NCBI GenBank assembly: GCA_048937405.1
Contig: JBHLNF010000001.1
Coordinates: forward strand, 816,785-880,784
Direction: 5' to 3'
Length of the DNA stretch: 64,000 nt
Origin: Promethearchaeota archaeon
GTDB lineage: Archaea > Asgardarchaeota > Lokiarchaeia > Sigyniarchaeales > SOKP01
Shown here: in pieces, positions 49,811 through 59,026 of the stretch
Position numbering within the stretch: position 1 is the first letter of the stretch
Layout of the letters: the number at the start of each line of letters is the position of its first letter
The notes under the pieces: generated by a model
The model's input: only the letters and a program-made list of their open reading frames with translations
What the model was told of the DNA's origin: nothing
The model's database searches: none
Made by a program: the position numbers and the translations under genes

Positions 49811-50728
49811 TTATTCAGTCATTAACTCAGTTAATAAAGCTTTTCTCATAGGTATCCCATAAAAAGTCTGTTTAAAGTAGATAGCCTTCTCTGAAGCGTC
49901 AACATCAGGAGATATCTCTAAAACTCGAGGTAAAGGATGTAATAACCTGAAATTATCTTTTGTGTCTTTTAGATCATGTTCTCTAAATATATAAAAATCT
50001 TTTAACTTCTCGTATTCTTCAATATCCACAAATCTCTCTTTTTGGATTCTTGTCATATAAAGAACGTCTAATATATCTAATATTTTCCTATAATTCATTA
50101 TTTCTTTATATGGAACTTGTCGTTGTTGCAAAAAATCTTTATCTCGATTTCTCATCCTTAAGCTTTCTGGACTAATGAAATAAATATTTACATCAAAATT
50201 TGATAATAAAATTGAGAGTGAATGTACTGTCCTTCCATATTTAAGATCACCCATTATTCCAATATTCAAACCATCTAATGGGCCAATTTCTTCAGTGATG
50301 GTTAATAAATCTAATAATGCTTGGCTAGGATGTTCTCCACTTCCAGATCCTGCATTTATAATAGGAACTTTTGAAAATTTAGAGGCCATTCTAGCGGCTC
50401 CTTCAAGTGAATGCCTCATCGCTATACAGTCGCTATAATTTTCTACAGTTCTTATTGTATCTGCAATAGTTTCGCCCTTTTTTATAGAAGATACATCGCC
50501 TGAGTGGAATCCGATAACACTTCCTCCTAATCTATACATAGCAGATTCAAAACTAAGACGAGTACGAGTAGATGGCTCAAAAAATAATGTAGCCAAAATT
50601 TTCCCCTGAAGGAGATTTGAATTTTTAATGTGAATCATTTCACTGGCCTTCTTTAGTATATATTCAATATCTTCTCGATCAAATTGCTTCGCACTTATGA
50701 TACCTTCGCTAAATTTCTCTTTGAACAT
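49811..50728 (-). CDS. pyrB: Aspartate carbamoyltransferase catalytic subunit
   Basis: FFEPSTRTRLSF, HPSQALLD, GDLKYGRTVHS, HPLPR. Confidence 0.97.
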   Translation of the reverse strand: MFKEKFSEGIISAKQFDREDIEYILKKASEMIHIKNSNLLQGKILATLFFEPSTRTRLSFESAMYRLGGSVIGFHSGDVSSIKKGETIADTIRTVENYSDCIAMRHSLEGAARMASKFSKVPIINAGSGSGEHPSQALLDLLTITEEIGPLDGLNIGIMGDLKYGRTVHSLSILLSNFDVNIYFISPESLRMRNRDKDFLQQRQVPYKEIMNYRKILDILDVLYMTRIQKERFVDIEEYEKLKDFYIFREHDLKDTKDNFRLLHPLPRVLEISPDVDASEKAIYFKQTFYGIPMRKALLTELMTE

Positions 50729-50871
50729 TTAAAATCTCATTCAATATGTTTTTATTAACATTATGTAAATAAGATTTAAATTATTTTTTATTATGTGATG
50801 TTTATTCGAATAAAACCAATAGAACTAAAAAAATTTAAAATTTATGAATAATTATTATTTTTTTCATAAAA

Positions 50872-52314
50872 GCTCAAGGATACAGCTCCCTTTAGGGAGG
50901 TGATAAATTGAGCATTAACAGAAAATCACTAAATCCTTATCCACATCTCTTTTTTACTTCCCGAATTACTATCCTTCTAGAAATGAAGCTAACGCAAAGA
51001 ATTAGAATATTTCCCACTCACAAGCAAGAATTCCTTCTTTGGATCTTATCGGAGAAATGTCGTCTTTTATATAATTTTGCGTTAGCGGAACGAATGGAAA
51101 ATTGGCACAAAAATAAAAATCTACCAAGAGAAAAACGTCATTGTGTTGATTATCTTATCCAATCAAGAGCATTACCGGGGTTAAAAGAGAAATATCCAGA
51201 ATATAAATGGGTATATTCGAAGGTTCTCCAAACAATCCTTAAAAAACTCGAGCTAAACTATAAATCTTTCTTTGCATTATGGAATAAGGGAGATCAAAAT
51301 GCAAGACCCCCCCGATTTAAAGGGAAGAAGCATTTCACTACTCTTTGTTATAATCAGTCTGGCTTTAAATTACAAGAGAGATCAATCATCTTCTCTCATA
51401 AACATCCTTCAAATATCATACTTAAGTTTGAATTTCCCTCTCATCTTATTCCTCAAGGGATTATTAAGCATGTAGAACTCTTTCAGTCTGATGAGAGATG
51501 GTATATTTCCCTTACATATGATCTCAAAGTGCCTGAATATCATGATAATCACTCATATCAAGCATTTGATTTAGGAATAAATCAGACTGTAGGAGTAAAC
51601 CTTTCTGGAAACTCAATACAATTCACTCACAGAAGAGCAGACCTCTATTGGAAAAAAAAGATAGAGGAGGTACAGTCAAAACGAGATCATTGTAAGAAAT
51701 ATAGTAATAAATGGCATTGGTATCACAAAAAACTGCTTCAGATGATTAAAAAGTGCGCGTATCAACTGAAAGATTTCCAGCATTGGCTTTCAAACCAAAT
51801 TGTATCTAATACAAAAGCGAATACGATTATTGTTGGAGATTTAAAAGTAAAACAGATGGCTCAAAAGAAGAAAGGAACAAGTATTGCTAAAAAGAATAGG
51901 GTAAATAACACACTTAACCATTCAGTTCACAACACAGGTTATTTGTCACGATTTGTCGAATTCTTAACCTACAAAGCAGAAAAAAGAGGTAAAAAAGTAA
52001 TAAAAATTGACGAATCCAAGACTACAAAAGCCTGTTGTAAATGTGGAAAGCTCGAAAAGAGGACAATTTTCGAGAGAATTATTACTTGCGACTGTGGAAA
52101 TCGGATTGACCGAGATCTCAACTCAGCAATCAATATCATGATACGCTTTTTGTCAGAGAAACATAAATTCGATTTCTTATCGCATGAATCCTCTGTGAAC
52201 GAGGAATCATTCCTAACACAATGGAATGGTTTTCTACGACATACAGGTCAACCCGTACTAGAAGTGGTTGTACACTCGTAGGAAGCCACAGCCTTTAGGC
52301 CGTGTTTAGTTCAC
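50872..52314 (+). mobile_element. IS200/IS605-family (IS1341-type, tnpB only) element
   Basis: Left-end hairpin GCTCAA..CTCCC-TTTA-GGGAG..TTGAGC (50872-50913); right end CACAGCCTTTAGGCCGTG..GTTCAC (ends 52314); no tnpA. Confidence 0.85.
50983..52281 (+). CDS. tnpB: RNA-guided endonuclease TnpB with rearranged RuvC-II
   Basis: ATG 50983 MKLTQRIRIFPT; RLLYN, PPRFK, AFDLG, IVGDL, IDESKTTKACCKCG, CDCG, DRDLNSAINI. Confidence 0.93.
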   Translation: MKLTQRIRIFPTHKQEFLLWILSEKCRLLYNFALAERMENWHKNKNLPREKRHCVDYLIQSRALPGLKEKYPEYKWVYSKVLQTILKKLELNYKSFFALWNKGDQNARPPRFKGKKHFTTLCYNQSGFKLQERSIIFSHKHPSNIILKFEFPSHLIPQGIIKHVELFQSDERWYISLTYDLKVPEYHDNHSYQAFDLGINQTVGVNLSGNSIQFTHRRADLYWKKKIEEVQSKRDHCKKYSNKWHWYHKKLLQMIKKCAYQLKDFQHWLSNQIVSNTKANTIIVGDLKVKQMAQKKKGTSIAKKNRVNNTLNHSVHNTGYLSRFVEFLTYKAEKRGKKVIKIDESKTTKACCKCGKLEKRTIFERIITCDCGNRIDRDLNSAINIMIRFLSEKHKFDFLSHESSVNEESFLTQWNGFLRHTGQPVLEVVVHS

Positions 52315-52334
52315 TCTTAAAGATAATGGTTATT
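52150..52334 (+). ncRNA. Putative TnpB omega/reRNA: scaffold ending at TTCAC 52314 plus flanking guide
   Basis: Region strongly conserved with the non-coding part of the remnant (49203-49370); position typical for TnpB guide RNAs. The 5' boundary is approximate. Confidence 0.6.
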
Positions 52335-52447
52335 ATTTAATGAAGTACCCTAGAACTGTGTCCTCTTTGATTGTTTATTTTAAATTAATAAAATTTAAAA
52401 TTTTTAATATGTTATTAGTATTAATAATAAATAAAAAGAGTATAACA

Positions 52448-52729
52448 TTGAAGTACCCGAGAACTGTCAATCGATATTGTCCATCTTGTAGATCACATAC
52501 TACACATAATGTATCACTATATAAGAAAGGAAAGGAGCGTATGCTAAATCATGGACGGAGAAGAGTCGAAAGGAAAAAAAAGGGATATGGTAGCTTTCCT
52601 AAAGAAATATTCCATAAAAATGCTAAGTTAAATAAGAGATCAACACCTTTGTTAGAATGTTCTGAATGTGGTAAAAAACAATATGCTAAATCTTATCGTG
52701 TAAAACGTCTCGAATTACAGGAAGTATAA
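52448..52729 (+). CDS. rpl44e: 50S ribosomal protein L44e (eL42)
   Basis: TTG 52448 KYPRTVNRYCPSCRSHTTH...GYG...LECSECGK. Confidence 0.93.
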   Translation: MKYPRTVNRYCPSCRSHTTHNVSLYKKGKERMLNHGRRRVERKKKGYGSFPKEIFHKNAKLNKRSTPLLECSECGKKQYAKSYRVKRLELQEV

Positions 52730-52743
52730 AAAAGTGAAAAATT

Positions 52744-52947
52744 ATGGCTAATAAGAAAGAAAAACAACTTATCCCACAAGCAAAAAGTAGGTTCTTACGT
52801 GTAAAATGTTTAAACTGTGGTAATCAACAAATAATTTTTGGTTGTTCTGCGACGGATGTAGAATGCTTAGTTTGTGGGAAAACGTTACTCCAATCAACTG
52901 GTGGTAAAGCTCGTATTCTTACTAAAATTTTAGAAGTACTTTCTTAA
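52744..52947 (+). CDS. rps27e: 30S ribosomal protein S27e
   Basis: [18 protein letters not shown]...[13 protein letters not shown]. Confidence 0.96.
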   Translation: MANKKEKQLIPQAKSRFLRVKCLNCGNQQIIFGCSATDVECLVCGKTLLQSTGGKARILTKILEVLS

Positions 52948-53022
52948 TTTCTGTTATATTCTTCTTTGATATATTTATTTCAAAAAAGAAAAATAGAATT
53001 TTAGTTATTATATCTTATTTAT

Positions 53023-53469
53023 TCATTTATTACCCAATATTTCTTTAGCAGGAAGTGCTATACCAATCACATAAAGAGCAGCTCCAAGGGCAAATATAAT
53101 CATACTTACTCCAATATATCCAATTATTATCTTATAAATAATAAAAGTTAACCATGGTATACCTCCTATAACCAAAAGGGTAAACCAAGCCCATTTCTCT
53201 CCTTTTTTATAACCATGATGTGTTATTATAACAATAGAAATAGCGATCCCACATAGCATTAATCCTATCATTTTTTTTGTCATTATATACAGCTCAGCCA
53301 TTCTACGGTCAACGAGTAAGTAATCACTATAAGATGTTCCTACGTATGCTTCAAAATCACTTACAAACATTATTTCTGTTACAAATATCCAAAATAGTGA
53401 TAGTACTAAAGTGTACATCCCCATTGTAAGCATAGCTTTCCAGCCAATTTTGCTTAGCGATTCTTCCAT
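53023..53469 (-). CDS. Four-TM membrane protein
   Basis: Hydrophobic helices, GYKKGEKWAW loop; probable start MEESL. Confidence 0.6.
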   Translation of the reverse strand: MEESLSKIGWKAMLTMGMYTLVLSLFWIFVTEIMFVSDFEAYVGTSYSDYLLVDRRMAELYIMTKKMIGLMLCGIAISIVIITHHGYKKGEKWAWFTLLVIGGIPWLTFIIYKIIIGYIGVSMIIFALGAALYVIGIALPAKEILGNK

Positions 53470-53629
53470 ATTTTTTACCAATAAATTTGATATTAACAAA
53501 ATATTTTTATTACTTATTTATAAATAAAGTTATTGGAAAATCACTAAATAGAATAGGATGAACGTGAAACTATTCTTTTACGATGATTCCTATATATCTC
53601 AATAATATATTAAGATTAATTATAATTAT

Positions 53630-53968
53630 TTAATATTCACGCCAAGTATGTTTACACTCAGTGCATCTAAAAAAATGAGTACTTGGCTCATCTGCACTTC
53701 TCATTTGTTTTTGCCAAGTTTCGGCTTCCTTATTACCACATTTTGGGCAATCTTTTTTTGTTTTAGGGAATACTGAAATTTTATCGTCTTCACTTACAAT
53801 TACTAAATTCTTTTCTAAATCCTTCTTCTTTTTTTGAACATGACTTTCTATTTTATCATTATCAGGTAAAATTTCTTTTTGATAACCACATTTACATACT
53901 AAAAATGATTGGTCATTATCTTTTCTTTTACGCAATAAGTTTGAGCATTCGGGGCAAAATTCGACCAT
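53630..53968 (-). CDS. tfs: Transcription factor S (TFS)
   Basis: FCPECSNLL...CPKCG...QMRSADEP.T.FFRC..C.HTWREY. Confidence 0.95.
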   Translation of the reverse strand: MVEFCPECSNLLRKRKDNDQSFLVCKCGYQKEILPDNDKIESHVQKKKKDLEKNLVIVSEDDKISVFPKTKKDCPKCGNKEAETWQKQMRSADEPSTHFFRCTECKHTWREY

Positions 53969-54242
53969 ATTGATTACTATTTCTATGATTTTTAATTATA
54001 ACTTTTAAAAATCATATTCTTTAAAAAATTTTGTTTTAGCTATAAAAAAATATTAATTTTTAAACCCTTTATAATAACCAATTATCTATATATAAGTTCT
54101 GTACTATTTAAAGAGTTTGTTGTTTTTTTAGTGCCAAATGTTTTCAAAGGTATATCTAATTTCCATTAACATCTTATAGGATTAAGAAAATCTAAGGAAT
54201 ATGGTATTTATTCAATCCTTAACATTAATAATCAAAATAAAA

Positions 54243-54563
54243 CTAACTCATTTCCTTTTTAATGAAATAAATTTTTTGGTAATATTCAAAATTAAGTTTA
54301 TTCATATCTTGGACTATATCAGCTATGATTGATTTTTCTCCAGTAGATTGAATCTCAAGGTCTCCTATAACATTAATCAAGTCATTTTCTTTAAACTTTA
54401 ATTTCTCAATGTTTTTAAGGTTAACATTTATCTGACCAGTTTTATCATCTAAAACAATCTGATTGTCATTGACTCTCTTCTTTACATATCCAGTTACTTG
54501 GATTCGCTCATCATCACTAGCAATATCTTTAATTATTCTTTGCTTTGCGTAGGGAATAGACAT
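54243..54563 (-). CDS. Single OB-fold protein, RPA3/RPA14-like
   Basis: ATG 54563; RIQVTGYV...LDDKTGQI...INVIG, then C-terminal helix LNFEYYQKI; divergent from PCNA. Confidence 0.7.
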   Translation of the reverse strand: MSIPYAKQRIIKDIASDDERIQVTGYVKKRVNDNQIVLDDKTGQINVNLKNIEKLKFKENDLINVIGDLEIQSTGEKSIIADIVQDMNKLNFEYYQKIYFIKKEMS

Positions 54564-54746
54564 TTTTTTTTTATATATGAATGATCTAGTTATTTTCTTA
54601 TTACAAAATTGAAAATTTAAGAGAGTATAAATAATTAATTTAAAACCTAATATTAGAATTATTAAAAGACTAATATCAAACATTATTAATAAAGGGAATC
54701 AAACATTATTATCTTAAATATGATTGAATAAATTTGCTGAAAGAAA

Positions 54747-55550
54747 ATGACTTTTACATTAAAATTAGAAAATAGTCGGATTTTGAAAGGAATAGTTGAA
54801 ACTCTTGCAAGTATAATAGATGAAACTGAATTTCGAGTAACTCCTAAAGAGTTTACTATCTCTGCGATGGATCCAAGCAGAATCTGTTTATTAAAACTAT
54901 CAATTAAAAAGGATGGTTTTGATGAATATAAATGCGATAAAGAATCAAAAGTTGGTCTCAATTTGGATGATTTAGATAAGATCTTAAAAAGAAGTGCAGC
55001 TAGTGATTCCGTAGAAATTGATTTTAATGAATCAGAACAGAAAATAAAAATAAAAATGCAGAGAGAAGGTATGACGCGTACAAGAACATTTAGTTTAGCG
55101 TTGTTGGATATCGATATCGAAGAAATTCCAATGGACAATTTATTAAAAATTGAGTATCCTTCAAAATGGGTTATTGAACCAGATTTCTTGGTTGAAGCAA
55201 TAAAAGATGCTGAAATATATTCTGAAATTCTTAATATGACGGCTACTGAGGGAAAGGGATTAGTATTTAGCTCAACAGGACAAATTGGTGAGATGGAATA
55301 TGATTTGAGTGAGGATGATTTAATTGAGACTGATATTAGCGGAACTAGTAGTGGAGCATACTCATTAACATTTCTGAAAGCAATCTTAAAAATAGCCTCA
55401 ATTACTGAGAAGTTAGAGATATCATTAAAAACAGATCATCCATTAAAAATGATCTTTAATATTCTTGAGGGTGGGGAACTAAGTTACTTCCTAGCACCAA
55501 GAGTAGAAGAAGCTGAATTTGAAGATGATGATGACATGGATGAATTCTAA
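54747..55550 (+). CDS. pcn: PCNA sliding clamp
   Basis: AMDPSRICL, YSLTFL, LSYFLAPRVEE; acidic tail. Confidence 0.96.
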   Translation: MTFTLKLENSRILKGIVETLASIIDETEFRVTPKEFTISAMDPSRICLLKLSIKKDGFDEYKCDKESKVGLNLDDLDKILKRSAASDSVEIDFNESEQKIKIKMQREGMTRTRTFSLALLDIDIEEIPMDNLLKIEYPSKWVIEPDFLVEAIKDAEIYSEILNMTATEGKGLVFSSTGQIGEMEYDLSEDDLIETDISGTSSGAYSLTFLKAILKIASITEKLEISLKTDHPLKMIFNILEGGELSYFLAPRVEEAEFEDDDDMDEF

Positions 55551-55741
55551 TTAAATTAAGTATAATATAGATTTTTTAAAAAAAATTTATAAATTTCAAA
55601 AAAGATTAGAAAAACACCAAATTATATTAGAAATCTTAAAATTTTCCCTCATAACTTTTAATTTGGGAAAGCTGGTTCAGTTTCTATTAATTTGAATCCT
55701 TTTATTTCTGGATTTTGAAAAAAAAAAATATTACATTAAAT

Positions 55742-56497
55742 TTATGATTCGGCTGTATTTTTGGACCTTAATCTATTTGATATTGCTTTTGGTAGGAACC
55801 AACCCAAATAATAAAATATTGCACTCAATATTAGTATTAACCTTACCAAAACTAATGATAGTTCTGTGGGTTTTCCTAACCCTGTATCCATATATGCACC
55901 TATAGTAAATAAAAACCAAGCAATTAATAAGAAATATGCCTTCAATTTAATTTCAGGATCTCCAATTCTAATTGATCTAATCGAAAAGATAATTCCTGTT
56001 ATTAGAAAAGTTGCTATCGCTGAATATGTAAAAATATCTGAAACAGCGCTGTGTTGCGAATCAAAACCTTCTGGTTCTACAGTTCCAATCCAATGAATAT
56101 TTTCTGTTGTTAATGCTGTAATAACAATTATCAACCAAATGGTATTGAAGATGATAAAAGCAATTACAAGAATATTACCTCTCTTAAGATCCATGATCAT
56201 TACAAATGCGTACATCCAAATCATTATTGTAAAAGGAAGAACAAGATTTCCAAATGCTAAATATTGGGCATCACTCAATTTATAGTCAAAAAATCCATAG
56301 GTAATAAATTGAGTTGCAACTCCCCACCAACCTGAACTCATTAGGAGCCATGTTATTCCTACAGCGACTAAATCCTTTCTCTTTAGGGAAATTGCTTTTA
56401 TCATGATCCTTACACCTATGATTATAGCAATAATTACCCATATAAGACTAAAACATCCTTTGAAAAAATTAATTGTCCCTAAATCCTCAAGTGCCAT
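55742..56497 (-). CDS. Stand-alone seven-transmembrane protein
   Basis: Seven hydrophobic segments (approx aa 11-36, 42-70, 77-102, 108-129, 152-176, 185-205, 214-236); no cytoplasmic output domain. Confidence 0.7.
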   Translation of the reverse strand: MALEDLGTINFFKGCFSLIWVIIAIIIGVRIMIKAISLKRKDLVAVGITWLLMSSGWWGVATQFITYGFFDYKLSDAQYLAFGNLVLPFTIMIWMYAFVMIMDLKRGNILVIAFIIFNTIWLIIVITALTTENIHWIGTVEPEGFDSQHSAVSDIFTYSAIATFLITGIIFSIRSIRIGDPEIKLKAYFLLIAWFLFTIGAYMDTGLGKPTELSLVLVRLILILSAIFYYLGWFLPKAISNRLRSKNTAES

Positions 56498-56772
56498 AAT
56501 TATCCCAATTATTATTTTATGATAGATACTTCTTATTCGATTTATTTAAATATATCTTTTTTAATATTGCTTAATTAAACAAAAATACTTCTAACAACCT
56601 GATTCATTTCTTTTATTTTAAGGTTCTTCTTAATTGAAATTATGACATCTTTTAAAAAAATCAAGTAATTTAAACATCACTTATTTGTGAAAGCTAATAT
56701 GGTTATTTGAATTAAAATTATGATACTCTTAGTAATTCTTTATTAATTGTCTTTTTTTTGAAAAAGTGCTCT

Positions 56773-56919
56773 ATTATTTACTGAGTATAATTTTCTTAAA
56801 TTCATTTATAATGGATATTCAATCTTTTCCCACATAGCTTTATAAATCAAAAAAACAATATGATAGATGTCTCTCTATAAATTTTATAAATTCGTGAATT
56901 CAAATAAGATTTCAAGAAA
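56773..56919. repeat. Non-coding ~150-bp promoter-region repeat (second copy 61021-61168)
   Basis: ATTATTTACWGAGTATAATT...ATAGCTTTATAAAT...AACAATATGATA...TTTCAAGAAA upstream of SBP genes 1 and 3. Confidence 0.85.
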
Positions 56920-56994
56920 AATTTAATAATTACTAAATGAATTGTCAAATCTAAAATTCAATTTTTAAATACAACATAATAATTGATTAAATCC

Positions 56995-58416
56995 ATGATA
57001 AATTTGTCAAAAAGAACTTTAGCTATTTTACTTATTGCGATTATAGGTATTGGAAGTGGAGTAGGGCTTCTTTATCTTTATCTTGGTGGATGGATTTTCC
57101 AAGATGGAAATAAATATTCTGGATGGACTTCGTGGAGAGTCCCAGGAGTCTCAGGTATATATGAATGGCAATGGATTAAGATCGGAATGATGGGTGATAT
57201 AGGTGATATAAGAGGGGATGCAAATTATCAGGGAGGTTACCTGGCTGCTAAGGAATTAAATGAAGCAGGGGGTGTTATCGTTAATGGCACTCCTTATTAC
57301 GTTGCCATTGCTGGTGAAGATACAGATGAATGTGCAACAGATATTGTTATACCTAGACCTATCACACCACAAAAGATGGTTTATGAACTTAAGTGTCAGT
57401 ATGGTGTTGGAGGCTATAGAACAGAATTCCTCTTAGCTTATCGGGAACCTTTTATGGCTAATAAAATACCCTTTTTGGGCACAGGAGCAATGTCAGATAT
57501 TTTCTGTGAAAATGTTGGAAGTGATTATTCGCGTTATAAATACTTCTGGAGAGTTAGTCCTTATAACTCCTCATGGTCGAGTACTGTTTTTACAACTTCT
57601 ATAAAGGGAATGTATCAATCACTCCTAAATAAATATGGATCTGATGATATTGATCATATGGGTATATTAGCTGAAGATCTAACCTGGACAACTGGCATAC
57701 GATCTATAATCCCTGATTTAATAAATACTGAATTCGGGGGAGGGACTGTAACAAATGATTCAGTAATCGCTTTTGCTCCAGATGCTGATTCATCATCTAT
57801 GAATGGCCATTTGCAAACTTTAGAGGATGAAGGATGTGACTTAGTACTTATAGCAATTTCATTGGACGCAGGACTTGTAATGGCACAGCAATGGGCACAA
57901 TATGAACACAAATTCTTGCTCTTTGGTTCTAATTTTCAAGCTCAAACCGCGGGATATTGGGACGAAACTGATGGAGCCTGTGAATATGAAATAGGTACAT
58001 CATATACAGTAAGATGTAATAAAACAGAATTTACAATCCCCTTCTGGGATGCTTATTATGAAATGTGGGATGAAGATCCTCTTTATATGGCAATCGGTGC
58101 ATATGATGCCGTAAATCTTATCGTGGATTCAATTAACAAAACACAATCATTTGATCCAGATGTCTTTGTGGCAGATATGGAGACATATACACCCGCCAAC
58201 CCTAAACATGGTTGTGTTGGAGGTGATCCCCTCGCTTGGGACGATAATCATGACATTTTTGCAGGTTATCCTTTTTCATATGATATCTGGTTTCAGTGGC
58301 AAAACGGAACGAAAGTGCTCATTCCTTCATTCACAGACCCTGAACAATATCCCAACACACTATCACCAATAGAAGAATTGAAAATCCCTCCTTGGTTTGA
58401 CTGGGACGAACTCTAA
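56995..58416 (+). CDS. Membrane-anchored LivJ-type substrate-binding (Venus flytrap) protein, no FN3 module
   Basis: N-terminal TM; IKIGMMG, LAAKELNEAGG, YKYFWRV, AYDAV. Confidence 0.82.
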   Translation: MINLSKRTLAILLIAIIGIGSGVGLLYLYLGGWIFQDGNKYSGWTSWRVPGVSGIYEWQWIKIGMMGDIGDIRGDANYQGGYLAAKELNEAGGVIVNGTPYYVAIAGEDTDECATDIVIPRPITPQKMVYELKCQYGVGGYRTEFLLAYREPFMANKIPFLGTGAMSDIFCENVGSDYSRYKYFWRVSPYNSSWSSTVFTTSIKGMYQSLLNKYGSDDIDHMGILAEDLTWTTGIRSIIPDLINTEFGGGTVTNDSVIAFAPDADSSSMNGHLQTLEDEGCDLVLIAISLDAGLVMAQQWAQYEHKFLLFGSNFQAQTAGYWDETDGACEYEIGTSYTVRCNKTEFTIPFWDAYYEMWDEDPLYMAIGAYDAVNLIVDSINKTQSFDPDVFVADMETYTPANPKHGCVGGDPLAWDDNHDIFAGYPFSYDIWFQWQNGTKVLIPSFTDPEQYPNTLSPIEELKIPPWFDWDEL

Positions 58417-59026
58417 TCTTTTTATTTAATATTAACAAATCTTTAGCGATTAAACTAACTATAATCTTTAAATAATGGGATTTTTATCAATAATATTTCT
58501 TAATTTTTAAAAAAAAATCCTAACATTTATCTTTTTTACCATTGCCTAATAGTGTAATAATAACTTAAAAGAGTTTAATTGAGTTGATTTACTTTACAAT
58601 TTTCCTTAGTTGAGGTTAACATTCATTTTAAAAATGATATTGAAAATTGATGGAGCTTAATGAAAAAAAGACATATAAATATATTTATCAAAAATGACTT
58701 TACTCTTGTGATTTATTTAGATTCTCTTTCTCTAAAAAAAAAATTCCTTATCAAATTTATAATATTCTTCTTTTGGTAAAATACTTCTAAGTTTTTCAAC
58801 ATTTTCTTTTCTTATTTCGAAGGCTTTTTCAACTCTATTACAAGGCTAGTCTTTCCAAATAGCCTTATTTTTCAGAAAAGTAACTTTTGACACTAAAGTA
58901 AATATTTATATTAAATGTTATTTTACAAGAGACTTAAAAATCTAATTTCTTAAAAAAAATTAAGAAGCTAAATCAAAAATAAAAATAAAATATATTATCA
59001 ATTCAAATAAAGAGTTGATTAAATCC

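Noticed and set aside
52340-52447. 36-aa N-terminal extension of L44e
   Set aside because: Low-complexity AT-rich translation; TTG 52448 gives a normal-length L44e. Recorded instead as a duplicated start.
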